Source: Nemertoderma westbladi
Lineage: Eukaryota > Animalia > Xenacoelomorpha
Reading direction: 5' to 3'
NCBI GenBank assembly: GCA_032718475.1
Contig: JAUCBJ010000375.1
Coordinates: 1 to 64,000, forward strand
Length of the DNA stretch: 64,000 bases
Below the pieces are notes generated by a model. The model did not search any database, was not told where the DNA came from, and saw only the letters and a program-made list of their open reading frames with translations. This document shows positions 49,701 through 61,700 of this stretch, in pieces. Numbering within the stretch: the stretch's first letter is position 1; each line of letters starts with the position of its first letter. A program made the translations under genes and the position numbers.

Positions 49701-52700
49701 GCCCTCCCTTGTAAGGCTCAGCAGATACACCCATTAAAATAAATTAAGGCCCTCCCTTGTAAGGCTCAGCAGATACACCCATTAAAATAAATTAAGTCCT
49801 GCCCTTGTAAGGCACAGCACACACACCCATTAAAATAAATTAAGTCCTGCCCGTGTAAGGCTCAGCACATACACCCATTAAAATAAATTAAGGCCCTCCC
49901 TTGTAAGGCTCAGCACATACACCCATTAATATAAATTAAGGCCTGCCCCTGTAAGGCTCAGCACATACACCCATTCAAATAAATTAAGGCCCTCCCTTGT
50001 AAGGCTCAGCACATACACCCATTAAAATAAATTAAGGCCCTCCCTTGTAAGGCTCAGCACATACATCCATTAAAATAAATTAAGGCCTGCCCGTGTAAGG
50101 CTCAGCACATACACCCATTAAAATAAATTAAGGCCCTCCCTTGTAAGGCTCAGGATGTACACCCATTAAAATAAATTAAGGCCCTCCCTTGTAAGGCTCA
50201 GCACATACATCCATTAAAATAAATTAAGGCCCTCCCTTGTAAGGCTCAGCACATACATCCATTAAAATAAATTAAGGCCTGCCCGTGTAAGGCTCAGCAC
50301 ATACACCCATTAAAATAAATTAAGGCCCTCCCTTGTAAGGCTCAGCACATACACCCATTAATATAAATTAAGGCCCTCCCTTGTAAGGCTCAGGATGTAC
50401 ACCCATTAAAATAAATTAAGGCCCTCCCTTGTAAGGCTCAGCACATACATCCATTAAAATAAATTAAGGCCCTCCCTTGTAAGGCTCAGCACATACATCC
50501 ATTAAAATAAATTAAGGCCTGCCCGTGTAAGGCTCAGCACATACACCCATTAAAATAAATTAAGGCCCTCCCTTGTAAGGCTCAGCACATACACCCATTA
50601 ATATAAATTAAGGCCTGCCCTTGTAAGGCTCAGCACATACACCCATTAAAATAAATTAAGTCCTGCCCGTGTAAGGCTCAGCACATACACCCATTAAAAT
50701 AAATTAAGGCCCTCCCTTGTAAGGCTCAGCACATACACCCATTAAAATAAATTAAGGCCTGCCCTTGTAAGGCTCAGCACATACACCCATTAAAATAAAT
50801 TAAGTCCTGCCCGTGTAAGGCTCAGCACATACACCCATTAAAATAAATTAAGGCCCTCCCTTGTAAGGCTCAGCACATACACCCATTAAAATAAATTAAG
50901 GCCTGCCCTTGTAAGGCTCAGCACATACACCCATTAAAATAAATTAAGGCCTGCCCGTGTAAGGCTCAGCACATACACCCATTAAAATAAATTAAGGCCC
51001 TCCCTTGTAAGGCTCAGCACATACACCCATTAATATAAATTAAGGCCTGCCCTTGTAAGGCTCAGCACATACACCCATTAAAATAAATTAAGGCCTGCCC
51101 TTGTAAGGCTCAGCACATACACCCATTAAAATAAATTAAGTCCTGCCCGTGTAAGGCTCAGCACATACACCCATTAAAATAAATTAAGGCCCTCCCTTGT
51201 AAGGCTCAGCACATACACCCATTAATATAAATTAAGGCCTGCCCTTGTAAGGCTCAGCACATACACCCATTAAAATAAATTAAGGCCCTCCCTTGTAAGG
51301 CTCAGCAGATACACCCATTAAAATAAATTAAGGCCTGCCCGTGTAAGGCTCAGCACATACACCCATTAAAATAAATTAAGGCCCTCCCTTGTAAGGCTCA
51401 GCACATACACCCATTAATATAAATTAAGGCCTGCCCTTGTAAGGCTCAGCACATACACCCATTAAAATAAATTAAGGCCTGCCCGTGTAAGGCTCAGCAC
51501 ATACACCCATTAAAATAAATTAAGGCCCTCCCTTGTAAGGCTCAGCACATACACCCATTAAAATAAATTAAGGCCCTCCCTTGTAAGGCTCAGGATGTAC
51601 ACCCATTAAAATAAATTAAGGCCCTCCCTTGTAAGGCTCAGCACATACATCCATTAAAATAAATTAAGGCCCTCCCTTGTAAGGCTCAGCACATACATCC
51701 ATTAAAATAAATTAAGGCCTGCCCGTGTAAGGCTCAGCACATACACCCATTAAAATAAATTAAGGCCCTCCCTTGTAAGGCTCAGCACATACACCCATTA
51801 ATATAAATTAAGGCCTGCCCTTGTAAGGCTCAGCACATACACCCATTAAAATAAATTAAGTCCTGCCCGTGTAAGGCTCAGCACATACACCCATTAAAAT
51901 AAATTAAGGCCCTCCCTTGTAAGGCTCAGCACATACACCCATTAAAATAAATTAAGGCCCTCCCTTGTAAGGCTCAGCACATACATCCATTAAAATAAAT
52001 TAAGGCCTGCCCGTGTAAGGCTCAGCACATACATCCATTAAAATAAATTAAGGCCCTCCCTTGTAAGGCTCAGCACATACATCCATTAAAATAAATTAAG
52101 GCCTGCCCGTGTAAGGCTCAGCACATACATCCATTAAAATAAATTAAGGCCTGCCCGTGTAAGGCTCAGCACATACATCCATTAAAATAAATTAAGGCCC
52201 TCCCTTGTAAGGCTCAGCACATACATCCATTAAAATAAATTAAGGCCTGCCCGTGTAAGGCTCAGCACATACATCCATTAAAATAAATTAAGTCCTGCCC
52301 GTGTAAGGCTCAGCACATACACCCATTAAAATAAATTAAGGCCCTCCCTTGTAAGGCTCAGCACATACACCCATTAAAATAAATTAAGGCCTACCCGGGT
52401 AAGGCTCAGCACATACACCCATTAAAATAAATTAAGTCCTGCCCGTGTAAGGCTCAGCACATACACCCATTAAAATAAATTAAGGCCTGCCCGTGTAAGG
52501 CTCAGCACATACACCCATTAAAATAAATTAAGTCCTACCCGGGTAAGGCTCAGCACATACACCCATTAAAATAAATTAAGTCCTGCCCGTGTAAGGCTCA
52601 GCACATACACCCATTAAAATAAATTAAGGCCCTCCCTTGTAAGGCTCAGCAGATACACCCATTAAAATAAATTAAGGCCCTCCCTTGTAAGGCTCAGCAG

Positions 52701-55700
52701 ATACACCCATTAAAATAAATTAAGGCCCTCCCTTGTAAGGCTCAGCACATACACCCATTAAAATAAATTAAGGCCCTCCCTTGTAAGGCTCAGCACATAC
52801 ACCCATTAAAATAAATTAAGGCCCTCCCTTGTAAGGCTCAGCAGATACACCCATTAAAATAAATTAAGGCCCTCCCTTGTAAGGCTCAGCACATACACCC
52901 ATTAAAATAAATTAAGGCCCTCCCTTGTAAGGCTCAGCACATACACCCATTAAAATAAATTAAGGCCCTCCCTTGTAAGGCTCAGCACATACACCCATTA
53001 AAATAAATTAAGTCCTGCCCGTGTAAGGCTCAGCACATACATCCATTAAAATAAATTAAGGCCCTCCCTTGTAAGGCTCAGCACATACATCCATTAAAAT
53101 AAATTAAGGCCTGCCCGTGTAAGGCTCAGCACATACACCCATTAAAATAAATTAAGTCCTGCCCGTGTAAGGCTCAGCACATACACCCATTAAAATAAAT
53201 TAAGGCCCTCCCTTGTAAGGCTCAGCACATACACCCATTAAAATAAATTAAGGCCTACCCGGGTAAGGCTCAGCACATACACCCATTAAAATAAATTAAG
53301 TCCTGCCCGTGTAAGGCTCAGCACATACACCCATTAAAATAAATTAAGTCCTGCCCGTGTAAGGCTCAGCACATACACCCATTAAAATAAATTAAGGCCT
53401 GCCCGTGTAAGGCTCAGCACATACACCCATTAAAATAAATTAAGGCCCTCCCTTGTAAGGCTCAGCACATACACCCATTAAAATAAATTAAGTCCTGCCC
53501 GTGTAAGGCTCAGCACATACACCCATTAAAATAAATTAAGGCCTGCCCGTGTAAGGCTCAGCACATACACCCATTAAAATAAATTAAGGCCCTCCCTTGT
53601 AAGGCTCAGCACATACACCCATTAAAATAAATTAAGTCCTGCCCGTGTAAGGCTCAGCACATACACCCATTAAAATAAATTAAGTCCTGCCCGTGTAAGG
53701 CTCAGCAGATACACCCATTAAAATAAATTAAGGCCCTCCCTTGTAAGGCTCAGCACATACACCCATTAAAATAAATTAAGTCCTGCCCGTGTAAGGCTCA
53801 GCACATACACCCATTAAAATAAATTAAGTCCTGCCCGTGTAAGGCTCAGCAGATACACCCATTAAAATAAATTAAGTCCTGCCCGTGTAAGGCACAGCAC
53901 ATACACCCATTAAAATAAATTAAGGCCTGCCCGTGTAAGGCTCAGCACATACACCCATTAAAATAAATTAAGGCCCTCCCTTGTAAGGCTCAGCACATAC
54001 ACCCATTAAAATAAATTAAGGCCCTCCCTTGTAAGGCTCAGCAGATACACCCATTAAAATATATTAAGGCCCTCCCTTGTAAGGCTCAGCACATACATCC
54101 ATTAAAATATATTAAGGCCCTCCCTTGTAAGGCTCAGCAGATACATCCATTAAAATAAATTAAGTCCTGCCCGTGTAAGGCTCAGCACATACACCCATTA
54201 AAATAAATTAAGGCCCTCCCTTGTAAGGCTCAGCACATACATCCATTAAAATATATTAAGGCCCTCCCTTGTAAGGCTCAGCAGATACACCCATTAATAT
54301 AAATTAAGTCCTGCCCGTGTAAGGCACAGCACATACACCCATTAAAATAAATTAAGGCCCTCCCTTGTAAGGCTCAGCAAGTAAACCCATTAAAATAAAT
54401 TAAGGCCCTCCCTTGTAAGGCTCAGCAGATACACCCATTAATATAAATTAAGTCCTGCCCGTGTAAGGCACAGCACATACACCCATTAAAATAAATTAAG
54501 GCCCTCCCTTGTAAGGCTCAGCAAGTAAACCCATTAAAATAAATTAAGGCCCTCCCTTGTAAGGCTCAGCACATACATCCATTAAAATAAATTAAGGCCC
54601 TCCCTTGTAAGGCACAGCACATACATCCATTAAAATAAATTAAGGCCTGCCCGTGTAAGGCTCAGCACATACACCCATTAAAATAAATTAAGGCCCTCCC
54701 TTGTAAGGCTCAGCAAGTAAACCCATTAAAATAAATTAAGGCCCTCCCTTGTAAGGCTCAGCAGATACACCCATTAAAATAAATTAAGGCCCTCCCTTGT
54801 AAGGCTCAGCACATACATCCATTAAAATATATTAAGGCCCTCCCTTGTAAGGCTCAGCACATACATCCATTAAAATAAATTAAGGCCCTCCCTTGTAAGG
54901 CTCAGCAGATACACCCATTAAAATAAATTAAGGCCCTCCCTTGTAAGGCTCAGCACATACATCCATTAAAATATATTAAGGCCCTCCCTTGTAAGGCTCA
55001 GCACATACACCCATTAATATAAATTAAGTCCTGCCCGTGTAAGGCTCAGCACATACACCCATTAAAATAAATTAAGTCCTGCCCGTGTAAGGCTCAGCAC
55101 ATACACCCATTAAAATATATTAAGGCCCTCCCTTGTAAGGCTCAGCAGATACACCCATTAATATAAATTAAGTCCTGTCCCTGTAAGGCTCAGCACATAC
55201 ACCCATTAAAATAAATTAAGGCCCTCCCTTGTAAGGCTCAGCACATACACCCATTAATATAAATTAAGTCCTGTCCCTGTAAGGCTCAGCACATACACCC
55301 ATTAAAATAAATTAAGGCCCTCCCTTGTAAGGCTCAGCACATACACCCATTAAAATAAATTAAGGCCCTCCCTTGTAAGGCTCAGCACATACATCCATTA
55401 AAATAAATTAAGGCCTGCCCGTGTAAGGCTCAGCACATACACCCATTAAAATAAATTAAGTCCTGCCCGTGTAAGGCACAGCACATACACCCATTAATAT
55501 AAATTAAGTCCTGTCCCTGTAAGGCTCAGCACATACACCCATTAAAATAAATTAAGGCCCTCCCTTGTAAGGCTCAGCACATACACCCATTAAAATAAAT
55601 TAAGGCCCTCCCTTGTAAGGCTCAGCACATACATCCATTAAAATAAATTAAGGCCTGCCCGTGTAAGGCTCAGCACATACACCCATTAAAATAAATTAAG

Positions 55701-58700
55701 GCCTGCCCGTGTAAGGCTCAGCACATACATCCATTAAAACAAATTAAGGCCCTCCCTTGTAAGGCTCAGCAAGTAAACCCATTAAAATAAATTAAGGCCC
55801 TCCCTTGTAAGGCTCAGCACATACACCCATTAAAATAAATTAAGGCCCTCCCTTGTAAGGCTCAGCACATACATCCATTAAAATAAATTAAGGCCTGCCC
55901 GTGTAAGGCTCAGCACATACACCCATTAAAATAAATTAAGGCCCTCCCTTGTAAGGCTCAGCACATACACCCATTAAAATAAATTAAGTCCTGCCCGTGT
56001 AAGGCTCAGCACATACACCCATTAAAATAAATTAAGGCCCTCCCTTGTAAGGCTCAGCACATACATCCATTAAAATAAATTAAGGCCTGCCCGTGTAAGG
56101 CTCAGCACATACATCCATTAAAATAAATTAAGGCCTGCCCGTGTAAGGCTCAGCACATACACCCATTAAAATAAATTAAGGCCCTCCCTTGTAAGGCTCA
56201 GCACATACATCCATTAAAATAAATTAAGGCCTGCCCGTGTAAGGCTCAGCACATACACCCATTAAAATAAATTAAGGCCTGCCCGTGTAAGGCTCAGCAC
56301 ATACATCCATTAAAATAAATTAAGGCCCTCCCGTGTAAGGCTCAGCATGTACACCCCTTAAAATAAATTAAGGCCCTCCCTTGTAAGGCTCAGCATGTAG
56401 ACCCATTAAAATAAATTAAGGCCCTCCCTTGTAAGGCTCAGCATGTAGACCCATTAAAATAAATTAAGGCCCTCCCTTGTAAGGCTCAGCATGTAGACCC
56501 ATTAAAATAAATTAAGGCCCTCCCTTGTAAGGCTCAGCATGTAGACCCATTAAAATAAATTAAGGCCCTCCCTTGTAAGGCTCAGCATGTAGACCCATTA
56601 AAATAAATTAAGGCCCTCCCTTGTAAGGCTCAGCATGTACACCCCTTAAAATAAATTAAGGCCCTCCCTTGTAAGGCTCAGCAGATACATCCATTAAAAT
56701 AAATTAAGTCCTGCCCCTGTAAGGCTCAGCACATACACCCATTAAAATAAATTAAGGCCCTCCCTTGTAAGGCACAGCAGATACACCCATTAAAATAAAT
56801 TAAGGCCCTCCCTTGTAAGGCTCAGCATGTAGACCCATTAAAATAAATTAAGGCCCTCCCTTGTAAGGCTCAGCATGTAGACCCATTAAAATAAATTAAG
56901 GCCCTCCCTTGTAAGGCTCAGCATGTAGACCCATTAAAATAAATTAAGGCCCTCCCTTGTAAGGCTCAGCACATACACCCATTAAAATAAATTAAGGCCC
57001 TCCCTTGTAAGGCTCAGCATGTAGACCCATTAAAATAAATTAAGGCCCTCCCTTGTAAGGCTCAGCATGTAGACCCATTAAAATAAATTAAGGCCCTCCC
57101 TTGTAAGGCTCAGCATGTAGACCCATTAAAATAAATTAAGTCCTGCCCGTGTAAGGCACAGCACATACACCCCTTAAAATAAATTAAGGCCCTCCCTTGT
57201 AAGGCTCAGCATGTAGACCCATTAAAATAAATTAAGGCCCTCCCTTGTAAGGCTCAGCATGTAGACCCATTAAAATAAATTAAGGCCCTCCCTTGTAAGG
57301 CTCAGCATGTAGACCCATTAAAATAAATTAAGTCCTGCCCGTGTAAGGCACAGCACATACACCCCTTAAAATAAATTAAGGCCCTCCCTTGTAAGGCTCA
57401 GCACATTCACACACCCATTAAAATAAATTAAGGCCCTCCCTTGTAAGGCTCAGCAGATACATCCATTAAAATAAATTAAGTCCTGCCCCTGTAAGGCTCA
57501 GCACATACACCCATTAAAATAAATTAAGTCCTGCCCGTGTAAGGCTCAGCACATACACCCATTAAAATAAATTAAGGCCCTCCCTTGTAAGGCTCAGCAC
57601 ATACACCCATTAATATAAATTAAGGCCTGCCCGTGTAAGGCTCAGCACATACACCCATTAAAATAAATTAAGTCCTGCCCGTGTAAGGCTCAGCACATAC
57701 ACCCATTAAAATAAATTAAGGCCCTCCCTTGTAAGGCTCAGCACATACACCCATTAATATAAATTAAGGCCTGCCCGTGTAAGGCTCAGCACATACACCC
57801 ATTAAAATAAATTAAGTCCTGCCCGTGTAAGGCACAGCACATACACCCATTAAAATAAATTAAGGCCCTCCCTTGTAAGGCTCAGCACATACACCCATTA
57901 ATATAAATTAAGGCCCTCCCTTGTAAGGCTCAGCACATACACCCATTAAAATAAATTAAGGCCCTCCCTTGTAAGGCTCAGCACATACACCCATTAATAT
58001 AAATTAAGGCCCTCCCTTGTAAGGCTCAGCACATACACCCATTAAAATAAATTAAGGCCCTCCCTTGTAAGGCACAGCACATACACCCATTAAAATAAAT
58101 TAAGGCCCTCCCTTGTAAGGCTCAGCACATACACCCATTAATATAAATTAAGGCCCTCCCTTGTAAGGCTCAGCACATACACCCATTAAAATAAATTAAG
58201 GCCCTCCCTTGTAAGGCTCAGCACATACACCCATTAATATAAATTAAGGCCCTCCCTTGTAAGGCTCAGCACATACACCCATTAAAATAAATTAAGGCCC
58301 TCCCTTGTAAGGCTCAGCACATTCACACACCCATTAAAATAAATTAAGTCCTGCCCGTGTAAGGCTCAGCACATACACCCATTAAAATAAATTAAGTCCT
58401 GCCCTTGTAAGGCTCAGCACATACACCCATTAAAATAAATTAAGGCCCTCCCTTGTAAGGCTCAGCACATTCACACACCCATTAAAATAAATTAAGGCCC
58501 TCCCTTGTAAGGCTCAGCACATACATACATTAATATAAATTAAGTCCTGCCCGTGTAAGGCTCAGCAGATACACCCATTAAAATAAATTAAGTCCTGCCC
58601 TTGTAAGGCTCAGCACATACACCCATTAAAATAAATTAAGGCCCTCCCTTGTAAGGCTCAGCACATTCACACACCCATTAAAATAAATTAAGGCCCTCCC

Positions 58701-61700
58701 TTGTAAGGCTCAGCACATACACCCATTAAAATAAATTAAGTCCTGCCCGTGTAAGGCTCAGCAGATACACCCATTAAAATAAATTAAGTCCTGCCCTTGT
58801 AAGGCTCAGCACATACACCCATTAAAATAAATTAAGGCCCTCCCTTGTAAGGCTCAGCACATTCACACACCCATTAAAATAAATTAAGGCCCTCCCTTGT
58901 AAGGCTCAGCACATACATACATTAATATAAATTAAGTCCTGCCCGTGTAAGGCTCAGCAGATACACCCATTAAAATAAATTAAGTCCTGCCCTTGTAAGG
59001 CTCAGCACATACACCCATTAAAATAAATTAAGGCCCTCCCTTGTAAGGCTCAGCACATTCACACACCCATTAAAATAAATTAAGGCCCTCCCTTGTAAGG
59101 CTCAGCACATACATACATTAATATAAATTAAGTCCTGCCCGTGTAAGGCTCAGCAGATACACCCATTAAAATAAATTAAGTCCTGCCCTTGTAAGGCTCA
59201 GCACATACACCCATTAAAATAAATTAAGGCCCTCCCTTGTAAGGCTCAGCACATTCACACACCCATTAAAATAAATTAAGGCCCTCCCTTGTAAGGCTCA
59301 GCACATACATACATTAATATAAATTAAGTCCTGCCCGTGTAAGGCTCAGCAGATACACCCATTAAAATAAATTAAGTCCTGCCCTTGTAAGGCTCAGCAC
59401 ATACACCCATTAAAATAAATTAAGGCCCTCCCTTGTAAGGCTCAGCACATTCACACACCCATTAAAATAAATTAAGGCCCTCCCTTGTAAGGCTCAGCAC
59501 ATACACCCATTAAAATAAATTAAGTCCTGCCCATGTAAGGCTCAGCACATTCACACACCCATTAAAATAAATTAAGGCCCTCCCTTGTAAGGCTCAGCAC
59601 ATACATACATTAATATAAATTAAGTCCTGCCCGTGTAAGGCTCAGCACATACACCCCTTAAAATAAATTAAGGCCTGCCCGTGTAAGGCTCAGCACATAC
59701 ACCCATTAATATAAATTAAGTCCTGTCCGTGTAAGGCTCAGCACATACACCCATTAAAATAAATTAAGTCCTGCCCCTGTAAGGCTCAGCACATACACCC
59801 ATTAAAATAAATTAAGTCCTGCCCGTGTAAGGCTCAGCACATACACCCATTAAAATAAATTAAGTCCTGTCCCTGTAAGGCTCAGCACATACACCCATTA
59901 AAATAAATTAAGGCCCTCCCTTGTAAGGCACAGCAGATACACCCATTAAAATAAATTAAGTCCTGCCCGTGTAAGGCTCAGTACATACACCCATTAAAAT
60001 AAATTAAGTCCTGCCCGTGTAAGGCTCAGCACATACACCCATTAAAATAAATTAAGGCCCTCCCTTGTAAGGCACAGCAGATACACCCATTAAAATAAAT
60101 TAAGTCCTGCCCGTGTAAGGCTCAGCACATACACCCATTAAAATAAATTAAGTCCTGCCCGTGTAAGGCACAGCACATACACCCATTAAAATAAATTAAG
60201 GCCCTCCCTTGTAAGGCTCAGCACATACATCCATTAAAATAAATTAAGGCCTGCCCGTGTAAGGCTCAGCACATACACCCATTAATATAAATTAAGGCCC
60301 TCCCTTGTAAGGCTCAGCAGATACACCCATTAAAATAAATTAAGTCCTGCCCGTGTAAGGCTCAGCACATACACCCATTAAAATAAATTAAGTCCTGCCC
60401 GTGTAAGGCTCAGCACATTCACACACCCATTAAAATAAATTAAGGCCCTCCCTTGTAAGGCTCAGCACATACACCCATTAATATAAATTAAGTCCTGCCC
60501 GTGTAAGGCACAGCACATACACCCATTAAAATAAATTAAGTCCTGCCCGTGTAAGGCACAGCACATACACCCATTAAAATAAATTAAGGCCTGCCCTTGT
60601 AAGGCTCAGCACATACACCCATTAAAATAAATTAAGGCCCTCCCTTGTAAGGCTCAGCACATACACCCATTAAAATAAATTAAGGCCCTCCCTTGTAAGG
60701 CTCAGCACATACACCCATTAAAATAAATTAAGGCCCTCCCTTGTAAGGCTCAGCACATACACCCATTAATATAAATTAAGTCCTGCCCGTGTAAGGCACA
60801 GCACATACACCCATTAAAATAAATTAAGGCCCTCCCTTGTAAGGCTCAGCACATACACCCATTAATATAAATTAAGTCCTGCCCGTGTAAGGCTCAGCAC
60901 ATACACCCATTAAAATAAATTAAGGCCCTCCCTTGTAAGGCTCAGCACATACACCCATTAATATAAATTAAGTCCTGCCCGTGTAAGGCACAGCACATAC
61001 ACCCATTAAAATAAATTAAGTCCTGCCCGTGTAAGGCACAGCACATACACCCATTAAAATAAATTAAGGCCTGCCCTTGTAAGGCTCAGCACATACACCC
61101 ATTAAAATAAATTAAGGCCCTCCCTTGTAAGGCTCAGCACATACACCCATTAAAATAAATTAAGGCCCTCCCTTGTAAGGCTCAGCACATACACCCATTA
61201 AAATAAATTAAGGCCCTCCCTTGTAAGGCTCAGCACATACACCCATTAAAATAAATTAAGGCCCTCCCTTGTAAGGCTCAGCATGTACACCCATTAAAAT
61301 AAATTAAGGCCCTCCCTTGTAAGGCTCAGCACATACACCCATTAATATAAATTAAGGCCCTCCCTTGTAAGGCTCAGCACATACACCCATTAAAATAAAT
61401 TAAGGCCTGCCCGTGTAAGGCTCAGCACATACACCCATTAAAATAAATTAAGTCCTGCCCGTGTAAGGCTCAGCAGATACACCCATTAAAATAAATTAAG
61501 TCCTGCCCGTGTAAGGCTCAGCACATACACCCATTAAAATAAATTAAGTCCTGCCCGTGTAAGGCTCAGCAAATACACCCATTAAAATAAATTAAGTCCT
61601 ACCCGTGTAAGGCACAGCACATACACCCATTAAAATAAATTAAGTCCTGCCCGTGTAAGGCTCAGCAGATACACCCATTAAAATAAATTAAGTCCTGCCC

